NCBI GenBank assembly: GCA_018238155.1
Contig: JABCTZ010000011.1
Coordinates: 72,454 to 136,453 of the forward strand
Direction of reading: 5' to 3'
DNA from: Candidatus Heimdallarchaeota archaeon
GTDB taxonomy: Archaea > Asgardarchaeota > Heimdallarchaeia > JABLTI01
DNA: 64,000 nt
Below the pieces are notes generated by a model that was not told the DNA's origin, did no database searches, and saw only the letters and a list, made by a program, of their open reading frames with translations. Below are positions 10,093-18,118 of the stretch, piece after piece (position 1 is the stretch's first letter; every line of letters starts with the position of its first letter). A program made the position numbers and the translations under genes.

Positions 10093-10150
10093 TGTTTTTT
10101 GACGAATTCTTAACATACAGTAAATTCTTGTTTCTGTTTTTTGGCGAATT
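10093..10150 (+). repeat. Pair of 16-bp direct repeats (TGTTTTTTGRCGAATT), 42-bp period, upstream of the Cas1 operon
   Basis: 10093-10108 and 10135-10150, 15/16 identical. Confidence 0.55.
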
Positions 10151-10183
10151 TTGTGCTTTTTAAACAAAATTTGATAGAATTAG

Positions 10184-10822
10184 GTGAGAATAATGACTTT
10201 GGAATCATCTGTGACGCAAGAACAGCATATTCATAAGGATTTATCTAGTGCTAAAGTTAAAGTGACAAACACAGTTCAAACTTTCTGTAAATACTTAATT
10301 GACAGCGCATTGAATCATGGCAGATATTATTATCCTTCATTGAATACTTTCAAATTTGATGAGAAATTGACATTAGTCTCAAGAACAATAGATCGCTTAG
10401 TGAGATTTTTAGTTCAAGTTAATATTCTAACTAAATTAACACGATCGAAAACACAAGCTTATCAAGTCAATGTCAATAATCCATTATTCCACCTTATTTT
10501 GAGAATATATCATCCTGTTCATCCAATTACCATTTGTACAAAACAAGACATCATTTCAATAAAAAGAATTGAAGAACTACAAAGCGGTGTAGAGCACTTG
10601 AAACATGTTTTTAGTCTATTAGAATCAAAAGAGGATCATAGATTAGAACTTCATAGAGATTTGTTGGATGAAATAACTGAATATACTACAGTCTCAGATA
10701 TTTCAACAGAAGATCTAAAAGAGAAATTAAGGTCAATCATCTTAGGCTCTAGCACAAGTGCAGAGATTAACAACTTTTCCATATTAAATGAATTTTTGCT
10801 AGAGTATAACAAGGGGGATTAA
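10184..10822 (+). CDS. Winged-helix DNA-binding protein, first gene of the Cas1-like operon
   Basis: SRTIDRLVRFLVQVNILTKLTRSKTQAYQVN..NP wHTH recognition helix + wing. Confidence 0.65.
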   Translation: MRIMTLESSVTQEQHIHKDLSSAKVKVTNTVQTFCKYLIDSALNHGRYYYPSLNTFKFDEKLTLVSRTIDRLVRFLVQVNILTKLTRSKTQAYQVNVNNPLFHLILRIYHPVHPITICTKQDIISIKRIEELQSGVEHLKHVFSLLESKEDHRLELHRDLLDEITEYTTVSDISTEDLKEKLRSIILGSSTSAEINNFSILNEFLLEYNKGD

Positions 10823-10823
10823 T

Positions 10824-12389
10824 TTGGGATTCATAAACACTCTACCTAAAGCCATCACTACCGTTCTTCGAGATTATTCTTTTCCTTCTGGTGTTGATAA
10901 AGACACCATTCGCAAAGCTGTTAGGTGTGATGAAGACCTGCTTTTTGTTACACCAGATCTAGATGAGCAATTGCAGGTTGCAGTTACTTTAGCTCTTCTA
11001 AATGCTCGATTTGCCGACTCATCATCTATGATTATTGTGCGAACTTCTGATGATGCAAGAAAAATATACAGTATACTCAACCCACAACATCAGGTTAACG
11101 TTTCTAGTGATAGTGTAACAAATGAAACTATTTCTCCACCAATAGATAAATATGCCATTCGTGTTGCTTCCACTTTTTCCAAATTTAAGGGAAATAGCTT
11201 CTCTTCAGCTAATGATTGTATAATAATTACAAGCTATGATTGCTTGCTTCGAAATTTACTCTATCGAAAAAGTTCCGAAGTGGATTTAAAGAACAGAATT
11301 ACTTTACCACATACAAATGCCTATATTTTCGTTGACCCATTTGGCGAAAATAGATCTCTACGAAGAGCTTTAGAGAGCTTCATAACTTTTGATATAGATA
11401 GCATATTGTTTTTCAAGAGAAGAACAAATAACCTTAACATCAGAATGCATTATATCTCACCTGGCATAGTTTCTTTAGATGAACAGAAGAATATGCTAAA
11501 AGTAACATCAACAGTCAAAATTTCTGGAAATCTTGAGCTTGACTTTAGTTTTTCAACGGATAGACATGACATTAGAGAAAATCTCCAATCTGTTCTACCA
11601 TATTTAATGTTATTAAGACTTTATTCTGGGCATCCAACTAAAAAACAATTAACACGTCGAGTGCAAAATTCGGTTAATTATCGTTTACTTCAAAACACTC
11701 ACGAATCAAAAACTAATCCTGAATTTCTTCAGGAAGTTTTAATTGAGACATTGTTTCAATCAACTGATTCTACTGAATGCTTATTTGAATCGTATCAGCA
11801 AAGTCTTGGAAAATTCGCTCTTGCATTAAGAGCTAATGGAAATTCAGGAAAATATATCCTCACACCATTTGGCAAGAAGTTTCTCATAGCCTCAACATAT
11901 TTTAAAGAAATACAAGATGATCCCATTAGTGTTATATTGGATATTAAAAACAGAACACAGAATGATATTCTAGATTGGAACAGCATCTCAGAAATATTCC
12001 ATAATTTTACTAATGGAAAATTAGCTTACGATGATCTGCAAATACTGCTAGGGATATTAAAAACAGAAGCGAATGTTGAAGATGAGACAATTGCTAACAT
12101 TCTATCCAGAACACAAGATAGTTATTCTGTTTTTAAAGTCTGTAGATTACTTGCAAGCTTTCAGGATCATATGACACCTGAAGCAAAAAAGAGCTTCAAT
12201 ATCATTAGCAAGGCATTAGGGCAAAATCTTGACACAGTAAATGAACCGTTAGTAGGAAAGAAAGATAGATTAGCAATCGAGCAAGCGATAAAAGAAGAAC
12301 TAGAATTTGCTACAGATCCAATGACAAAAGCACAAATTGCTCTAAATCTCTCATTATTGAGTTCTGATGTAAAACAAGCAATTGGTTAA
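10824..12389 (+). CDS. Inactivated Hel308/Ski2-like SF2 helicase derivative; probably continuous with 12382-12897 through a +1 frameshift
   Basis: Degenerate motifs in the correct order: LLFVTPDLDEQLQVA (Walker A lost), IIVRTSDDARKIY (Ia), IIITSYD (Ib), IFVDPF (DExH lost), MHYISPGI (SAT lost); YILTPFGK winged helix; ends in the middle of an HTH. Confidence 0.6.
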   Translation: MGFINTLPKAITTVLRDYSFPSGVDKDTIRKAVRCDEDLLFVTPDLDEQLQVAVTLALLNARFADSSSMIIVRTSDDARKIYSILNPQHQVNVSSDSVTNETISPPIDKYAIRVASTFSKFKGNSFSSANDCIIITSYDCLLRNLLYRKSSEVDLKNRITLPHTNAYIFVDPFGENRSLRRALESFITFDIDSILFFKRRTNNLNIRMHYISPGIVSLDEQKNMLKVTSTVKISGNLELDFSFSTDRHDIRENLQSVLPYLMLLRLYSGHPTKKQLTRRVQNSVNYRLLQNTHESKTNPEFLQEVLIETLFQSTDSTECLFESYQQSLGKFALALRANGNSGKYILTPFGKKFLIASTYFKEIQDDPISVILDIKNRTQNDILDWNSISEIFHNFTNGKLAYDDLQILLGILKTEANVEDETIANILSRTQDSYSVFKVCRLLASFQDHMTPEAKKSFNIISKALGQNLDTVNEPLVGKKDRLAIEQAIKEELEFATDPMTKAQIALNLSLLSSDVKQAIG

Positions 12390-12897
12390 TATTAAAAAAA
12401 ATAGTTCGTTACCACTAAAAACTGTTACAGGAAAACCACCAATAGGGAGAAATGTTACGTACTATTCTACAAAAGAAATCCCAGAGCATTTCTATAAAAA
12501 ATGCGGTGACTGTTACTATTTTAGCAAAAATTATTGCATTTTCTGGCGACGAGTGAAAGAGACTGCAGAGCGAAAAGTCCCAAAAGACAAAATGGGCTAT
12601 ATTTCAACCTCAATTCTTAGAAAAAATACTGTTGCCTGTGAAGCATTTCTAGAAGTAGAAACAATGGTGATACATTTCACTATTGATGAATTCAATAAAA
12701 CAGTAACAAAAAGATTTGATGGCTATACTGAAGATGGGGAGGAAAAATTTACTCATTTTTGCCCAATCTGTAGTAAGCAAGGAGAAATGGTACCGCTAAA
12801 GGCATTAGGCAATGCTGCGTTTCCTCAGCAGGGATCAACTCCGACAAGATGTCCAAGATGTGGTTCATCATTTAAGCTTTATCAGGAAAGAAATTGA
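12382..12897 (+). CDS. wHTH wing plus Cys-rich/Zn-ribbon domain (C-terminal part of the upstream gene)
   Basis: GRNVTYY wing; CGDC..C..C cluster and CPIC...CPRC Zn ribbon. Confidence 0.65.
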   Translation: MVNIKKNSSLPLKTVTGKPPIGRNVTYYSTKEIPEHFYKKCGDCYYFSKNYCIFWRRVKETAERKVPKDKMGYISTSILRKNTVACEAFLEVETMVIHFTIDEFNKTVTKRFDGYTEDGEEKFTHFCPICSKQGEMVPLKALGNAAFPQQGSTPTRCPRCGSSFKLYQERN

Positions 12898-12913
12898 AAC
12901 ATTTAGTAGTTAA

Positions 12914-14419
12914 GTGATAAAAATGACTGAAAAAAATACTGGAAAACAACAAATAAAATGTGTGAAAGATAGCAGTCATATACTTTATGACCGGATATAC
13001 AATTTAACAGGTTTGGCAGCTGAAGAGATAGAAGAAGCAAGAACTAATTTAGGAACTCCTATTTATCAAGGCTATGATGTACGATTGATCGATGATGATC
13101 TGTTTATTGGAGATGTAAGGTATAAACTAAAGGATATTAAATTCATCTTTGATTATGCAGGCATTCAAGAAGAGATTAAACAACGATTGCTTGATTATGG
13201 CTGTTATTATGAACGGAAAACTAATTTGAGTGGATGGTTTAATGTCGAAAGAATCGAGCCAAAAAGAGCTGTTTATGTTGATGCTATTAGATTAAGCAAT
13301 GGGTTCAACAATCTCTATCTAAAATCAGTGATCAAGAGTGACCTTAGCATTATCTTCGCACTGCAAGGAATGATACCCGATCAAAGAGTGCTAAAGAAGT
13401 ATGTAGATAAAATTGGTGATGCATATCTCTATGGCTATCACAGTCATGCAAATAAGCTATGCAATTCAGCAGAAGGTTTAGCAGCAGATGTTCTCTGGGA
13501 ATTCACTAACAAGCTGATAGAACCTTACAACTTTAAAATAAGTAATCGAATTTCTGACCGACTCTGCCAATTGAGACGCATGGTTGGAAATTATAGCAGT
13601 ATGGCAAAAACAGCTACAGATGCCTTATTTAACACCACATACCAACTCTTTGAGGAAGAAATATGGAAGATTCTTGAAGAGAAAAAAATTAATTATTTGG
13701 GAGTTGGCGGTTTTTCACATTTCAGTTATTATTCAGACCTTTCTTGGATGGGATTGCCATTAGATCTTGGTGATGCATTAAAGAAAGGAGGGCACTATAC
13801 ATTAGTCGATACTATATTAGCTGAAGAAATAACTCATGAAGATATTAAGCGGCTAACTGCATTCAAAGGAGAGGATAATTATACTGTTACGAAATATGGG
13901 TGTGACATCCTCTATGAGAAGAAGGAAGAACTTTTCGAAAGCTCATGCTTTTATCGTGGGAAACAATATTCATCTTTTAGAGAAGCTTGCAGGGAAGAAA
14001 TTGACAAATTTGATCGCCTATTATCGAATATCGGTGATAGATTAGAAGAGGAGCATCTGTCTATTAAAAGCCCTGATCTAGGGAATAATTTAGCCGTTAA
14101 ACTCTGGCGATTAACGTTAGACTGGGAATATTTGCCAGCAAAATTGAGGGAGAACCTGGGAGAAAGTGTTTTTCAAATATGTCAAGAAGAGATCCAAAAG
14201 CTTGACTTTCAGCCATTAGTATGGATGCGATCGAAACACATAGAACAAAGAGTGAATCAGGAAATTGCTAATTTTGAGGAACTTGCATTCTTATTTACTG
14301 ATAGGGAAGAAAAGCACCACCAAAAACATGGCAGAAAAATCGGTCAATTATCACCAATCACTAAAGAATTCAGTGAAACATTATTGGAGTTACCTGTATC
14401 ATGGATAAACTTGGAGTAA
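12914..14419 (+). CDS. cas1: Highly diverged Cas1-family integrase/endonuclease (solo, Asgard-type)
   Basis: NSAEGLAA (E), ATDALFNTTY (NxxLNxxY equivalent), GVGGFSH (H), GLPLDLGD (D..D), later FYRGKQY..EA; order and spacing match the Cas1 catalytic helical domain; likely start 12923. Confidence 0.75.
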   Translation: MIKMTEKNTGKQQIKCVKDSSHILYDRIYNLTGLAAEEIEEARTNLGTPIYQGYDVRLIDDDLFIGDVRYKLKDIKFIFDYAGIQEEIKQRLLDYGCYYERKTNLSGWFNVERIEPKRAVYVDAIRLSNGFNNLYLKSVIKSDLSIIFALQGMIPDQRVLKKYVDKIGDAYLYGYHSHANKLCNSAEGLAADVLWEFTNKLIEPYNFKISNRISDRLCQLRRMVGNYSSMAKTATDALFNTTYQLFEEEIWKILEEKKINYLGVGGFSHFSYYSDLSWMGLPLDLGDALKKGGHYTLVDTILAEEITHEDIKRLTAFKGEDNYTVTKYGCDILYEKKEELFESSCFYRGKQYSSFREACREEIDKFDRLLSNIGDRLEEEHLSIKSPDLGNNLAVKLWRLTLDWEYLPAKLRENLGESVFQICQEEIQKLDFQPLVWMRSKHIEQRVNQEIANFEELAFLFTDREEKHHQKHGRKIGQLSPITKEFSETLLELPVSWINLE

Positions 14420-14640
14420 TGCTCTTTTTGCTAAAGGAGTACAATGAATTTGGCACTATTCATCCAAAGAGCGCAAAAGAGATCTCTATAGAGGTGGAAT
14501 TGGCTCCCAGTGAAACATATCTTACTCTTGAGACATTACAGCAAGATGGATTGATCTGGCGAGTGGGTAGGAAAAATCTTTACAGGTATGGTATTAAGGA
14601 AGAATCTTTAGCTCATCTAAACAAGCTATTCTCTGCTTAA
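14419..14640 (+). CDS. Small winged-helix protein (TrmB/ArsR-like)
   Basis: SAKEISIEVELAPSETYLTLETLQQDGLIWRVGRKNLYRY; TAATG overlap with the cas1-like stop. Confidence 0.75.
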   Translation: MLFLLKEYNEFGTIHPKSAKEISIEVELAPSETYLTLETLQQDGLIWRVGRKNLYRYGIKEESLAHLNKLFSA

Positions 14641-14654
14641 TTAATGGTAAACAA

Positions 14655-14951
14655 TTGCCGTCTGAGATGTTAATTGATTATCAGAAGCTTGATGAAGTAG
14701 CAGAAAATTATGAGAAGAAGTTTGAGATAGAGAAACAAGAAGGGCTCCTTGTGAAGGAGATCAAGGCATTGCTTAGTCAACTGGTCTTTATTGAATATAA
14801 TAACCGATTCGACATGATTGATTCAGCTGTTGATGATATTGTTGAGGCTTGTTCTCCTGAAAATTTAGATGAAAAATTCGAGCAATTTTTAGAGGATAAG
14901 CTTGAATCAATTTGGGAATATATTATCAGTGCAAGATTGGTGGAGGGATAA
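14655..14951 (+). CDS. Small acidic helical hypothetical protein
   Basis: 98 aa, D/E-rich, operonic spacing. Confidence 0.6.
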   Translation: MPSEMLIDYQKLDEVAENYEKKFEIEKQEGLLVKEIKALLSQLVFIEYNNRFDMIDSAVDDIVEACSPENLDEKFEQFLEDKLESIWEYIISARLVEG

Positions 14952-14954
14952 GGA

Positions 14955-17282
14955 ATGTCTCGAGGAATTCTTGTAAAATCGGTTTTTGATTTGCCACCAT
15001 CAGTGTGTAAAGTATCTGATTGCTATGTAGGCGATGACGAAGTTGGATTAGAGAATATAGGAAAAAGTATCCAAGAGCTATTCTCACACAAGCTCTACTC
15101 TTATCAATTAGAAGCAATTAGAACTGTACTCAAAGGAAATGATTGTTTCCTTGCTGTTGGAACAGGTTCTGGAAAATCTGAAGCATTTTTATTCCCAATT
15201 TTGGAGGATATCGTTGCCGGAAAAATTAATTGTGCGATTATAATTTATCCAACAAAACAACTAGCAGAGGATCAAGAACAACGCATTGCAAAATACTGCA
15301 ATAAGATTCATGAAACGACCGGCAAAAGAATTACTTACAGTAGGTACAATGGTGATTTAACTCGAAAGGAAATTGACTTTGTAGAAAAAAGTAAACCAAA
15401 TATTATTCTTGCAACTATTGACAAATTATTTTATCGTTTCTTTAAGGAAGGCAATGAAGACTTTCTTGATTGGCTGCTCAATGCTGGTGCTTTCGTTGTT
15501 GATGAGATTCATGCCGGCTCAGGAGGATATTTAGATCATGTTCGAGAAATAATTTCAATCTTGAAAAAGATTAATCCAACTTTAAGAGTTATTCTTGCTT
15601 CCGCTACTGTAAAGGAAGTGGAAACTTTTCGCGATAAATTTCTCCCATCAGCTCAAATAATTACAGGAAATGCTACAAGAGGTTCTGTTAGAGTGATGAT
15701 TCTTCAGCCAGAGTCAATAGAAGATCTGCTTTTGGAAAAGATAGACCCCTATTTGTGCAAAGTAAAAGGAGTTTGCGTAATTTTTGTTGATGATATTCGA
15801 AAGGTAGGTGAGTTGGTTGCAAAATGTAATGAACTGTATAAGAAAAAAACAAACATACCTGATGAAATCCTAAGAATACATTCACCATTTGCTTGCATTA
15901 ATAGTCAGTTAAATAGTCAAGAGAAAACATACGTTGTAAAAGGAGTTCATAATGGTACAATTAGGTTTGTGTTTACAACGTCCTTATTGGAACTGGGGAT
16001 GGACATACCAAATATCGTTCATATAATAAATATTTCTTGGCCCATTACGGGAGTTAATGGTCTATTGCAACGATTGGGGAGATTGCGATTTGTAGACCTT
16101 TCCGAGAAAAAGAATTTCTCATTAGTGCTAAATCCAGAAAGAACAATTGATGAATATTACTTGAGCCATCCTGAAAAAATAGAAGAAATCATGATGAAAA
16201 ACAAGACTGAACGAATATTATTTGACTCAAAATCATTGCAAAGAGCACAAGCATTCGTTCTCTTAAGACTTGTTCTTGGTGTAACTAAAATTAAAGATAT
16301 CTTATCCCTATGCACAGATGAGCTAGATAACGGAATTACACGAACCGCAATATCATTACTTTTCGCCAAAGGTTTGTTATCAACTGAAAATCATCACTTG
16401 CCGTTTCTGGAAAGAACCTTAATTATAGCAGAAAGAAATGAAGTTAATGCTTTTATTCGAAAGCATCGTATTCGCTCAACTGAATACCAATGGGAAATAA
16501 TACTGAAGAATTCCAAAAATCAAGAAGAAAAAATCGCTTCAATAGATGAACGACGAATAATCTTTTCAGCTTTGCAAAGGAATTTGTTACATCTAGGAAG
16601 CAAAGGGAATGTTTTTCGAGTAAAAAGTTTGACTAATGAAAAAGTGTTCGTTGAAAAGCTAAATATCATCAAAACAAATATTGAACGAAACAAAGTAAAG
16701 CCACCAATTTTTATTATCGATGGTCAATCTAGAACGCAGCAATTTGAACAGCTAAATATTAGATTTGGAAGGATGATCATTCGCTGGGAAACAAGTGAAA
16801 TAAAGGAATATTCTCGAGATGGACAATTACTTGAAAACCAAATGAAAAAGTCAACTCAAGGAAATGACACATTAGTAGTTACTGATAATGAAAAGCGTCA
16901 AAATCACATTTGGGATGAAAAAACAAGTGGAGTGCTCATAGAATTTGTGAACATCTCAAAAGCTCTTACCAACAAACAAAAGAAACAATCACTAAGGCTA
17001 TTTAGAGAATTACTGGTGAAAAGTATTGAGCTAGAGCTTCACATCTCAGAATCATCATTTCGCACATATTTGAATAATTTTGAAAACAAAATTGCTCTTT
17101 ATGATCGAGGTGGGGAGCTGGGAAATGCTGAAGCAGTTTTCACACAAATAAAACGAGTGCTAAAGCACATGCTCAGCTTATTGCTTGAGAATACAAACGA
17201 CTCTATACTCCCTCTAGTTGGCAATATCTCGGAAAAATCAATAGAAATAACCAAAAAAATGTTAGAGGAGATGGTAAAGTAA
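14955..17282 (+). CDS. YprA/Hrq1/MrfA-like DEAD/DEAH-box helicase with degenerate DUF1998-like C-terminus
   Basis: LYSYQ, GTGSGKS, IYPTKQLAEDQ, DEIH, SAT, TTSLLELGMDI, QRLGR; IALYD..G.G near the C-terminus but no terminal Cys cluster. Confidence 0.85.
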   Translation: MSRGILVKSVFDLPPSVCKVSDCYVGDDEVGLENIGKSIQELFSHKLYSYQLEAIRTVLKGNDCFLAVGTGSGKSEAFLFPILEDIVAGKINCAIIIYPTKQLAEDQEQRIAKYCNKIHETTGKRITYSRYNGDLTRKEIDFVEKSKPNIILATIDKLFYRFFKEGNEDFLDWLLNAGAFVVDEIHAGSGGYLDHVREIISILKKINPTLRVILASATVKEVETFRDKFLPSAQIITGNATRGSVRVMILQPESIEDLLLEKIDPYLCKVKGVCVIFVDDIRKVGELVAKCNELYKKKTNIPDEILRIHSPFACINSQLNSQEKTYVVKGVHNGTIRFVFTTSLLELGMDIPNIVHIINISWPITGVNGLLQRLGRLRFVDLSEKKNFSLVLNPERTIDEYYLSHPEKIEEIMMKNKTERILFDSKSLQRAQAFVLLRLVLGVTKIKDILSLCTDELDNGITRTAISLLFAKGLLSTENHHLPFLERTLIIAERNEVNAFIRKHRIRSTEYQWEIILKNSKNQEEKIASIDERRIIFSALQRNLLHLGSKGNVFRVKSLTNEKVFVEKLNIIKTNIERNKVKPPIFIIDGQSRTQQFEQLNIRFGRMIIRWETSEIKEYSRDGQLLENQMKKSTQGNDTLVVTDNEKRQNHIWDEKTSGVLIEFVNISKALTNKQKKQSLRLFRELLVKSIELELHISESSFRTYLNNFENKIALYDRGGELGNAEAVFTQIKRVLKHMLSLLLENTNDSILPLVGNISEKSIEITKKMLEEMVK

Positions 17283-17283
17283 A

Positions 17284-17955
17284 ATGCCTGATACAGTAAT
17301 AATTGGTGATGTTCATCTTGGAGCAGATGGTTGTTTAAAGGAGGAATTCAAAGAAGCACTGCTGAGCGTTGCAGAAGAAGTGGATCTAATTCTATTCAAT
17401 GGTGACTTTATCGATAATTATGGAGAGAAGGGAAAAAAAGCTCTTGAACAATTCTTAGAATGGATAGACAATAAAAGTTGGAAAGAAAAAATAGTCTTCA
17501 TAACTGGTGGTATGGGTCACGAGGGAAATATTCTATTTGATTGTCCTACAATTCAAATTTTGCCTTGGGCAATTTTAAACACAAAAGAAGGGCGAATTAT
17601 TGTCTGTCATGGACATAATATTGGTCTGGTGAAAAAAGATGATGAGACGTGGGTAGAAGCATCCTGTCGACTTAAGCAGCGCTTAGTGCGCAATGGTTCT
17701 GAGTTCTTGCCAGAGATTTTATCGACAGACAAGATTATTATCAGCCACACTCATGTACCATTTTACAAAATGGATAATGGTATGTTTGCAACAGGGGGAT
17801 GGCGAATAAAAGAGGACTGGTCTGAGGACTATATCAGAAGGAATGTTGGAGTGTTTATCATAATAGATGATGAAGATAGAGATGACCCAATAAAAATGAA
17901 AAGATGGTTAAATGATAAAAAGGGAAGAAAAATTGGTGGACCGGATGGAATTTGA
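17284..17955 (+). CDS. Calcineurin-like metallophosphoesterase
   Basis: GDVHLG, NGDFID, GHE, CHGH, SHTH motifs; last 22 nt are antisense to the tRNA-Ala 3' end. Confidence 0.85.
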   Translation: MPDTVIIGDVHLGADGCLKEEFKEALLSVAEEVDLILFNGDFIDNYGEKGKKALEQFLEWIDNKSWKEKIVFITGGMGHEGNILFDCPTIQILPWAILNTKEGRIIVCHGHNIGLVKKDDETWVEASCRLKQRLVRNGSEFLPEILSTDKIIISHTHVPFYKMDNGMFATGGWRIKEDWSEDYIRRNVGVFIIIDDEDRDDPIKMKRWLNDKKGRKIGGPDGI

Positions 17956-18041
17956 ATCCATGGCCTCCTCAATTTTTTTCTTATAGGACGCATCCTTTAA
18001 GATTGCAAATGAGGCGATCTACCAGTCTGATCTACCGGCCC
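17934..18041 (-). tRNA. tRNA-Ala(UGC) with a 31-nt intron at canonical position 37/38 (intron 17973-18003), encoded CCA
   Basis: GGGCCGG/CCGGTCC acceptor with G3:U70, GATC D-stem, CCTCA/TGAGG anticodon stem, TGC anticodon, TTCAAAT T-loop, ACCA end. Confidence 0.93.
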
Positions 18042-18118
18042 TGTTAGTTATTTTTTTTGAGTATGTTTCTCTTTTTGAATCTTTGTATTAGGAAATTCTT
18101 TCTTCTTTTTCTTTCTTT

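Larger units (their letters stand above)
4237..17960. mobile_element. Putative tRNA-Ala-integrated element carrying a divergent Cas1 operon
   Basis: Bounded by the tRNA 3' end and its degenerate direct copy; contains only accessory genes (nucleases, Cas1-like, helicases); core genes resume at 18119. Confidence 0.6.

Noticed and set aside
9738-10183. CRISPR array next to the cas1-like operon
   Set aside because: Only two 16-bp T-rich repeats with a 26-nt gap; no series of 25-40-bp repeats with unique spacers seen anywhere in the window
10184-17955. Canonical casposon
   Set aside because: No family-B DNA polymerase and no convincing TIRs in the window
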